Part shown: piece by piece, positions 1-9,850 of the stretch
Layout: each line of letters starts with the position of its first letter
Numbering within the stretch: position 1 is the stretch's first letter
Assembly (NCBI GenBank): GCA_950097015.1
Contig: CATNEN010000032.1
Location: 372,001-436,000, forward strand
Reading direction: 5' to 3'
DNA from: Macrostomum hystrix
Taxonomy: Eukaryota; Animalia; Platyhelminthes
DNA: 64,000 nt
Translations under genes and position numbers: made by a program
Notes under the pieces: generated by a model
Seen by the model: only the letters and a program-made list of their open reading frames with translations
Databases searched by the model: none
What the model was told of the DNA's origin: nothing

Positions 1-368
1 GGCTAGAAATATAGTCCAGTTTTTCGATGACACCTGAAATCATGAAATTTGGTCTCCCAAATGCAACTAATCGCCTTAAAACTCAACATTTTCAGCTCTA
101 TCCGATCAAGCAGCTTACAAAATCACAAAACATATCGGCATCGTCGAGATGTTCAACGATTCCCGTCGGAGTGTAAGGTGGCAAAATAGGCATAAAATAG
201 GAAATCGGTCATTCGGTTTGAAAGCTGTCGTGAAGTAGGCAGTATGTGAAATACCTTGTGGTCTTTCCCCAGGTTTCTTAGAAACCACAATGTTGAACTA
301 TACGAGTGCATAGGAGAGAATTGCTCTCTTAGACATATCATTTTCAGACATCAGCCATAATTCATCTA

Positions 369-620
<252 letters not shown>

Positions 621-1020
621 CTATTAAACAGATTGCTTATCTGCTTCTAGAAGGCTGCAGCCACGCAACAGATAAGCCAGACTGGCCTAGTAGAAACTGT
701 GGGTTAGCTGACACTTCTAAATTTGAGTGTATGGCTGTGATATCTAACTACACAAAGAGCGACATGGTCGGACCTGCATGACATTCAGCAACAGTGAGTA
801 TTGTAAATTTTTTATTTCCCAGGGGCTTTCCGTTATAGTAAGTCAGTTCAATCCCTAAACTCAAGCACAAATAGTTGGTGGAGCATAGTTCTTAACTCTA
901 GCAGTCGGTGAGTCGTATTTCTAGACCCAAACTCGGACTCAAACTCAAATTATAACTGTAATTAAAGATTAAATGCAAAACAGTCAAGCTGTTCAGTGAG
1001 TCACAATCCCTGAATTAAAC

Positions 1021-1262
1021 TGGGGATAATTGAGTTAATGTTGAGTAGATAATTGAGTTGATGTGGAGTAGATAATTGAGTTGATGTGGAGTAGATAATT
1101 GAGTTGATGTTGAGTAGATAATTGAGTTGATGTGGAGTAGATAATTGAGTTTATGTGGAGTAGATAATTGAGTTGATGTTGAGTAGATAATTGAGTTGAT
1201 GTTGAGTAGATAATTGAGTTGATGTGGAGTAGATAATTGAGTTGATGTTGAGTAGATAACTA
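1021..1262. repeat. 23-bp minisatellite (GAGTAGATAATTGAGTTGATGTK), about 10 units
   Basis: Tandem units with AGATAA every 23 bp from 1047 to 1254. Confidence 0.95.
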
Positions 1263-1359
1263 GCAAGTTTTGCCCCCCTTCGGGGAGCAGAAATACTTTT
1301 AATTCGTCTAGTATATACTTTTTAGCAGCTGAATTTACAGCTTTTTAAAGCTACAATGA

Positions 1360-1442
1360 ACCCCCAGTTGACAATGATCCCCCGTTGATGACAATCTCCC
1401 AGTTGATGATGATCCCCCAGTCGACAATGATCCCCCAGTTGT
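1360..1442. repeat. Short degenerate tandem repeat (CCCCAGTTGACAATGAT-like)
   Basis: About 4-5 imperfect units visible. Confidence 0.7.
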
Positions 1443-2589
1443 CGTATAATTATCGGCGTTACTAAGGATATCCCTTTATTGAGTACCTTGTAAACTAAAT
1501 AAATACGATTCAGAAAAATATTCACAGGTTAAAATGAATGCCCTTTTTATCAACACCAACGATAAGTACCGAGCTGATTGCTTAGTGCAGCAAGATGTGA
1601 CGCAGGTGACTACTAATATTCACCTGCACTTGTCTTCACGCAAACTGCTAAATAGAACTCAGCGATGCTTAGACTCACGATGGTGCACCTGGGTTCCGGA
1701 AATGAGCTGCGAACAAGAAAATTGATTGAAGCAGAAGAGGAAACGATTTTGAAGAATTTTGAAGAATTTGAAGAGGACACCGTAGCCCTCGACGGTTTCG
1801 GTGGGGATGCCGGCGAGGGCGACGGTGACGGAGGGGGTGACGGCGAGGGCGGTGGCGGGGGCGGGGGTGCCGGCGAGGGCGACGACGAAAGAGACGGAGA
1901 CGGTGAGGGAGAATTAGACAGTGATGGCGATAGAGACCGAGACAGTGAGAAAACTTCCAGATGAAAATGGCGAGGGCGAGGGCGACGGCGAGGGCGAGAC
2001 GGAGGCTGAGACGGCAAGGGTGAAGGCGACGGTGATTAACAATAGAAGGAGTGGCGATGGAGAAGGAGACGGAGACGGTGAGAGCGAGGAAGGCAAAAAT
2101 ATTTACGTACCTTTTTGTCCTTTTTACAGGAATTTCGTGCCATCTTTGACTGGCTGTAAAGCATTCGTGTGGGCTTTCCAACATTATATTTTTTCAATTC
2201 GAAGAATAGGCGAATCTGAGATTAAAACAGTGGCTTAGAAGATTTCTAAGCCTTTCATCAGGGTCTGGTAACATACCAGCCAGCCACGAAATACAAAAAA
2301 ACGAAAAAGTAAACAATGAAACCAAGGACCACTAGGGGTACAAGGACAGGTAACTACGTTTCTTAGAAAAAAAATTGAAGGCCGATTTTCGCAAAAATAC
2401 ACAACTGAGATAGGAAATTTTCACTTTTTCATATTTAAATGGTGACTGCTTTTGACTGGAAGCAGATACGAAGCTGTTCTTTTGATACAACTTGCCTAAC
2501 GTGCTGCTCTGCCGAATGTTATAAAGTTTTGTACATGACAATTGGATCTTCATATGATGAAGATAAAGAAATGAATAGATCTCCTGTTA

Positions 2590-3195
2590 GAAGAAATGAT
2601 TCTGTCTAACAGGACATGAGTCTGTCTAACAGGACACGAGTCTGTCTAACAGGACACGAGTCTGTCTAACAGGAAATGATTCTGTCTAACAGGACATGTT
2701 TCTGTCTATCAGGACATGATTCTGTCTAACAGGACATGATTCTGTCTATCAGGACATGATTCTGTGCAACAGGACATGATTCTGTCTAACAGGACATGAG
2801 TCTGTCTAACAGGACACGAGTCTGTCTAACAGGAAATGAGTCTGTCTAACAGGAAATGATTCTGTCTAACAGGACATGATTCTGTCTATCAGGACATGAG
2901 TCTGTCTAACAGGACACGAGTCTGTCTAACAGGACACGAGTCTGTCTAACAGGAAATGATTCTGTCTAACAGGACATGTTTCTGTCTATCAGGACATGAT
3001 TCTGTCTAACAGGACATGATTCTGTCTATCAGGACATGATTCTGTGCAACAGGACATGATTCTGTCTAACAGGACATGAGTCTGTCTAACAGGACACGAG
3101 TCTGTCTAACAGGAAATGAGTCTGTCTAACAGGAAATGATTCTGTCTAACAGGACATGATTCTGTCTATCAGGACATGAGTCTGTCTAACAGGAG
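2590..3195 (+). repeat. 20-bp minisatellite (TCTGTCTAACAGGACATGAT), forward arm
   Basis: About 30 tandem units, in register in the 60-column layout. Confidence 0.95.
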
Positions 3196-3234
3196 CGAAT
3201 TTCATAACAAGTTTCTACTCCTAGTGGTCCTTGC

Positions 3235-4335
3235 TAGACAGAATCACGCACTATTAGATATAACTGTCTCTTGTTAGACAGAATGATTTCATCTTAGACA
3301 GAACCATCTCCTGTTAGACAGAATCATTTCCAGTTAGACAGCATCCTAACTTGTTAGACAGAATCATTTCCTGTTAGATATAATCACGCCCTATTAGATA
3401 GAACTGTTTCCTGTTAGACAGAATCATCTCCAGTTAGACAGAATCATCTCCTGTTAGACAGAATCATCTCCTGTTAGACAGAATCATCTCCTGTTAGACA
3501 GAATCATCAGAAGACAGAAGAGTGGCGATGGAGAAGGAGACGGAGACGGTGAGACGGTGAATCATCTCCTGTTAGACAGAATCATCTCCTGTTAGACAGA
3601 ATCATCTCCAGTTAGACAGAATCATCTCCTGTTAGACAGAATCATCTCCTGTTAGACAGAATCATCTCCTGTTAGACAGAATCATCTCCTGTTAGACAGA
3701 ATCATCTCCAGTTAGACAGAATCATCTCCAGTTAGACAGAATCATCTCCTGTTAGACAGAATCATCTCCTGTTAGACAGAATCATCTCCTGTTAGACAGA
3801 ATCATCTCCTGTTAGACAGAATCATCTCCTGTTAGACAGAATCATCTCCTGTTAGACAGAATTATCTCCTGTTAGACAGAATCATCTCCTGTTAGACAGA
3901 ATCATCTCCTGTTAGACAGAATCATCTCCTGTTAGACAGAATCATCTCCAGTTAGACAGAATCATCTCCTGTTAGACAGAATCATCTCCTGTTAGACAGA
4001 ATCATCTCCTGTTAGACAGAATCATCTCCTGTTAGACAGAATCATCTCCTGTTAGACAGAATCATCTCCTGTTAGACAGAATCATCTCCAGTTAGACAGA
4101 ATCATCTCCTGTTAGACAGAATCATCTCCTGTTAGACAGAATTATCTCCTGTTAGACAGAATTCTCTCCTGTTAGACAGAATCATCTCCTGTTAGACAGA
4201 ATCATCTCCTGTTAGACAGAATTATCTCCTGTTAGACAGAATTCTCTCCTGTTAGACAGAATCATCTCCTGTTAGACAGAATTATCTCCTGTTAGACAGA
4301 ATTCTCTCCTGTTAGACAGAATCATTTCCTGTTAG
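3235..4335 (-). repeat. 20-bp minisatellite (ATCATCTCCTGTTAGACAGA), reverse-complement arm of the 2590-3195 array
   Basis: Reverse complement is TCTGTCTAACAGGAGATGAT, the same family in inverted orientation. Confidence 0.95.
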
Positions 4336-4490
4336 ACATACACTCACACAGGTGTGTACATCTACTCTTACCTCTTTGTCGTCAGGCAGTGTAAAATTTC
4401 ACCGTGTCTTGGAGGTTGGCCCTCGCGGGCGTAAATTGCAAGACAAGTCCCAAGCCTTCTCTCCTCGGAGTTACTGCTCAGCCGCTCAAC
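4333..4490 (-). mobile_element. Partial copy (body only) of tRNA-derived SINE family 2
   Basis: Aligns in reverse with 6280-6415 and 51580-51710 (GGGGGCTTGTCGTGCAATTTA...GTACACACCTGTGTGAG). Confidence 0.8.
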
Positions 4491-4815
4491 CGGCAAATCG
4501 CATCTTTAGACTAGGAGTCAGGAAAGAAGAGAAAAGCAAAGCTGGCATTGAATGTGACAGTCAGACAGAACTCGGAAAGGCAGCTCTTGACGGGAAGGCC
4601 AAAATCTCATAGGCGAATGACATTGCGGTGTCATCTCATAGCTGTGTCCGGGCTAGCACGGAGGCGGAACTGCCCTAGCTTTGTCGCCTCTCTCAGCCAA
4701 TCAGATCGCTCGGATCTCATGAAAGGAAGCCGGGCACTAAAATGGAATCAAATACCTTTTCAAGCAGAGTTGAAGCTCCTCCCGGGACTGCCCGATCTCC
4801 GCCACCTGCCTTCGT

Positions 4816-6093
4816 ATGCCCGTGACAGCCGCAGCCATGAAGTCACTGCTGCTGGTTTACAACATCATCCTTGGCGGAGTGTTCGTCTTCGGCCTGCTGG
4901 GCAACCTGCTGGTGCTGCTGGCGGCCCTGACCCAGCGTACCGCCCACAAAACTGTCAACATCTACCTGGCAAACTTAGCGGCCGCTGACATCCTTCACCT
5001 GCTATCCGCTCCGACATTCATTCACATGTCGATTGTGAACAACTGGCTCTGGGGCGGCCTGGCCTGCAAGGCCTTCTACGCGATGCACTTCATCAACTGG
5101 ACAGCCAGCGTGTTCATCATTGTGGCCATGAGCTTCGACCGCTACGCGGCAGTTGCCGCTACCAGCAGCAGCTGGATGAGCCGCTGCCGCAGTCGCGGAT
5201 TCGCCAAACGCCTCGTGACCGGCCAGTGGCTGGCCAGCGCCATCGTCATGTCGCCAATGCTGCTCTGCACCGGCGTGACCGTCAGCCGCCTGCCGACCTC
5301 TGGCAACGGCACCGACTCGCCTGGAGCTGAGCTGCACCACTGCGGCTACCAGATGGCCGATCCCAGCCAGACTGACAGCGACGACGCTCCAAACGCGGCA
5401 TGGCTGGCGATTGTCGGCTTCTTTCGAAATCCCAGGAAATTCGGCGAGTACACATTCGCCACCGGCTTCGTGCTGCCTTCCATCTTGCTGCTGACATTCT
5501 ACAGCCTGATCCTCTACCGACTGCAGCCCGGCCGGGTGGCCTGGAGTCCGAACCGGCGACTGGCCCAGCGCAGGCTCGAGCGAGTCACCCGCATGGCGGC
5601 GGCAGTGGTAATCTTCTACACCCTGTGCTCAACGCCTCACTGGGTCCACCTGCACGTGAAGCTCTACCTGAAGGTGCGCGGGCGCCAGAAATTACTAATG
5701 CTGGTGGCAGCCTCTCACATCAGCACCCTGCTGAGCTACATGAACAGCGCCGGCAACCCGGTCCTGTACGCCTACTTCAACGAGCCTTTCCGGGCCGGAC
5801 TGCGCCGGTTCCTCTATGGCAACCAGCCGCAAACGTCGGCGAGGCGACGGCGAGGCGAATTAGCCGCCGGCGGTGCGGCCGATTTGGAGGCCAACTTTGA
5901 CGATGACGACGGAATCGAGGGCGCCCGGGTGCCGCCACAGGTGCGCGCCGGCGCCAGGTGCTACCACTCGGCCGAGGACGCCATGCTGATTAATGCCGCA
6001 TTGGCTGCAACCGGAAATACGACCCGGAAATCTACAACGGATGCCATGTCAACCCCGATCCTCACTGGAGAGCGCCTGGTGTTCACAGACTAG
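4816..6093 (+). CDS. Intronless class A peptide GPCR, somatostatin/allatostatin-C/opioid receptor-like, 425 aa
   Basis: Seven hydrophobic segments with GLLGN (TM1), LAAAD (TM2), WLWGGLAC (ECL1), SFDRY, FVLP (TM5), CSTPHW (TM6) and NSAGNPVLY (NPxxY). An in-frame TGA at 4771 lies upstream of the ATG. Confidence 0.92.
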   Translation: MPVTAAAMKSLLLVYNIILGGVFVFGLLGNLLVLLAALTQRTAHKTVNIYLANLAAADILHLLSAPTFIHMSIVNNWLWGGLACKAFYAMHFINWTASVFIIVAMSFDRYAAVAATSSSWMSRCRSRGFAKRLVTGQWLASAIVMSPMLLCTGVTVSRLPTSGNGTDSPGAELHHCGYQMADPSQTDSDDAPNAAWLAIVGFFRNPRKFGEYTFATGFVLPSILLLTFYSLILYRLQPGRVAWSPNRRLAQRRLERVTRMAAAVVIFYTLCSTPHWVHLHVKLYLKVRGRQKLLMLVAASHISTLLSYMNSAGNPVLYAYFNEPFRAGLRRFLYGNQPQTSARRRRGELAAGGAADLEANFDDDDGIEGARVPPQVRAGARCYHSAEDAMLINAALAATGNTTRKSTTDAMSTPILTGERLVFTD

Positions 6094-6184
6094 GCGCATT
6101 GTGCTTTTGAAATAGGCGAGAACTACTCAAATTAGAATCCGGAAAGTTAGTTCCGATTTTTTGTTCGCTTTAATTCCGAATCCA

Positions 6185-6550
6185 GGGGGTGAGTAGCAAA
6201 GCGGACTAACGCTTAAATTGTCTCTCGCAACTAGGTTCCTGAGCTCGATTTTGCGGCGAGGCCACATTAATTCGGGACGCAGCCGCGGGCTTGGGGGCTT
6301 GTCGTGCAATTTACGCCCTTGAAAGCCAACCTCCATGGCACAGTGAGAGTGTACACTGCCTGATGATGAGAAAGTCAGGGCACTTGTACACACCTGTGTG
6401 AGCATATGTCTGAGTACGGTATTTGTGTGCGTGTGTGCTCAGGAGTCAGCGAAATGGGCAGAATTGCCTCCTCGCTGGTTGCGGGTCTAGTGTCACCAAA
6501 ATGATGTGCCATTGCCCGCAGTCCTCCTGTAATTATTATTAATATTTATT
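6185..6550 (+). mobile_element. tRNA-derived SINE family 2, near full length
   Basis: A-box-like TAGCAAAGCGG, B-box-like AGCTCGATTT, a body shared with four other copies in the window, and an AT/ATT-rich tail. Confidence 0.8.
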
Positions 6551-7399
6551 CCAAATCCAAGAACAAAACCATGTGACATTGACGATGTCACTAAGAATCA
6601 TACGAGTATAGTCATTTCGGATTCTTTCTAAGATTTATATTTGTCGGAAAATTCGTTTGTTTAGAATTTTTTTCTATTATATAAAGTCTCTGGGATATTG
6701 AAATATTCTGTACGGCTTTCGTAGAAAAATTAGCTATTTCTCTAAGTGTGCTTAGTGGTGAATTTTGTAGCTGCTTTTCCTTCGGTCAAAGAACATCAGT
6801 ATTTGTTAAATACTGTATTCATGGTCATGATTTCAGAAACATCTTTTGCTGTAGAAATATACTGTATCTTTCATTACTAACTCGTTACTTTTGAAGCTCC
6901 GTTTACTTAAATCGTTACTACGTACTATGTTGCGTTGTTTTCAGCCCTGTGCACATGGCGCAAGGAATATAATGTGGAACTAGGGAAGTGTTGCTGCTCG
7001 TCGAACAAATAGTAGGAAAATTAACGCCAACAAAAAAATATATATAGTGTTGCCAACGCATTTCGTCAAACTGACATCTTCAGAGCAAACTTAATATAGA
7101 GATCACAACAATGAGTATATTTAACAGAAAAAAATATGTGCATTCCATAGTCGGCTCTATTCGCTCCCGACAGGGTTCCAACTACCAAAAACCGAGAGAG
7201 AGGGGGGGAGAGAGAAAGTGAGACGCTAGGCACTGTTCACAGTACTCTGATCTGAATTGAACCGACAATGCGTCACTTAATATTGAGTTTGCGTCATTGA
7301 GTCACTTCATTGAGTGACGATTGTTGACACGCCTTGAATGTCTATGGCCACAACTTGCTACACCTTTTTGCACTCAAATTCGTCATTTCTGCAATCAAG

Positions 7400-7800
7400 T
7401 TACAACAAAACCGCATTCAAGCTCGGCAAACCACATTCAAGTTAGGCAAACGGCATTCAAGCTCGGCAAACTGCATTCAAGCTCGGCAAACCGCATTCAA
7501 GCTCGGCAAACCGCATTCAAGCTCGGCAAACCGCATTCAAGTTAGGCAAACGGCATTCAAGCTCGGCAAACTGCATTCAAGCTCGGCAAACCGCATTCAA
7601 GCTCGGCAAACCGCATTCAAGCTCGGCAAACCGCATTCAAGCTCGGCAAACCGCATTCAAGCTCGGCAAACCGCATTCAAGCTCGGCAAACCGCATTCAA
7701 GCTCGGCAAACCGCATTCAAGCTCGGCAAACCGCATTCAAGCTCGGCAAACCGCATTCAAGCTCGGCAAACCGCATTCAAGCTCGGCAAACCGCATTCAA
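7400..7800 (+). repeat. 20-bp minisatellite (CCGCATTCAAGCTCGGCAAA) followed by degenerate inverted units at 7820-7972
   Basis: About 20 tandem units. The downstream TGCCGAATTTGAATG(T/C)AGTT units are its reverse complement. Confidence 0.92.
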
Positions 7801-9850
7801 GTCCTTCTCTCATACTTCTGCTGCCGAATTTGAATGTAGTTGGATCAGTATGATGGGCTTGTGCCATGGTGCCGAATTTAAATGCAGTTTGCCGAACTTG
7901 AATCTGGTTTGCCGAATTTGCTTGCAGTTCAAAAGTATAGCCATAGAGGTTGTCCGAATTTGAATGCAGTTTTGTTGCTCAAACGTTCTATGGCTTAAAC
8001 TGGGTGTTCAAGAAGCCTTGCTTAGAGTGAGAAATATCTCGGAGTTTGAGCAACGCTCAATTTTCGTACGAATAAAGATTTATCGTACACTCGAGCGAAT
8101 TCTCAGTCACCTGAGGGGGGGTTTAAAACTCCCACAGCTTTATTCGTTCTGCATCTCTCAAACTATTCTCACAATCGCCATGAAATCGCAGATAAGGAGC
8201 AGATAAATTTAGCGCGCTAGTTGCCAGTTTCCACAGAAGAGATACGGGTGAAACCACACCCAACGACCGACCTATGCACCCACCGGACGAACGAAGAGCA
8301 ACCTGTCCCAACCTGAGTAGGTAATCAGGAATTTTAGAAGCGTTGAAGATATGAGATGGCACCTTATAGGATCTACTATCTGGCCAGTAATGCACTGCAT
8401 CTATTTCGACTCAACTCGATTGTTAAGCTTGGGCGCGGCTGTGTCAAACTTCACTCAAAACTATAATCACTGAAATACGAGCGTATGAAGGCAGTTCGTG
8501 CACTTTGCTCGCAGAAGAATTAAGATGATAAAAACAGGTTAGTTCCTCCTACTGTGTGACGCAAGCTGCAGATTTAACATAGCTAGCCAACTAGTGTAAG
8601 GAGACTTTGACATGGAAAATGGAGATTTTTCCTCCCAGAAGTCGTGCTTTTAGATAACACAGACAACTGCAAATCAGCGGGAAGCTATCTGATGGGATTC
8701 TTTTTAATTAAATAGAATACTGAAGTACTCAGTGCAAACTAATAAGTTTATATAGGGATTACAACTACTTGAATGGGAATGTAATTATCCTACGCATCTG
8801 CACTCCCTAACAGCCTCAAAATACATTCACAACAAGTTCAGAAGCTTATAAATAATAATAAATTGAGATGATAAAGGGCCAGTTGCCACTGTGTCAGAGG
8901 ACACCGCAAAATCGATGAGACATTGAATTAGTTGCATGTTCAAGAGAGCCTCATCTCATTGTTATGCTTTGAAAGCAACGGCATACAACCGCTAGCCGCT
9001 ATTCATCAAGAAGCTAAGCAAAAAAGCAAAATTTATAAAAAAAGCAGAATGCCGAGCCTCAGCACAATGTCACCGGACCAGATCGAGACGGAAGTGCATG
9101 CCAATGACAGGCGAAGCGGACAAAAATTGGATAGGCCGATAATGAGTGCTAACACACACACACACACCTTCGCAAAGCAAGCCATTGTGGCAAATAATTC
9201 AATGAAGACAAACTAACACGCTTGGATACTTCAATATAATAGAGGGACTTGACAAAGCAACAAATTATAGCTGACAACCCTGAATATATATTCAACTATT
9301 TAGTAAAATAATAATAGTTTTTATATATACACAGAACAATTAAAACTTATTAAGAAAATAATTAAAGATGATTTAGAAAAAATGCGTTTATTGAAACATA
9401 GTAAAAAAATGATGAGCAATTTAACATGGTTTAAAAATTAATTTGAATGCAATTTTCAATGACAGATTAGGGAGTATATAAAAATGCAAAAGTATATTGT
9501 AGGTTGTTACAGAACCAAGTAGAATAGTAAAAACAAACAATGCCTTTGTTAATAACTATAATTAGTGCATAAAAACTAGGATTAACACACTGGCAGATAT
9601 CTCCCACCAAGGTGAGTTTGCGCCTGTCTTAACCATAGAAGTACAATGGCTATGTGACGATGTGACTTCACAGTGGGGGTGTTCTATTAATGACAAAATT
9701 GGCTGAGCGTAGGTTATCATGGACTTCTATAGATAGCATTCAGCAGCTAGCTAGGTGCTAGCTATAGAATTCCAAGGTGGAAAGTCTATATTAAAAAAGA
9801 GTCACTAAAATTTCAGAGCAAAACAGGATTGGGCATTAGAAGTGAGCATG

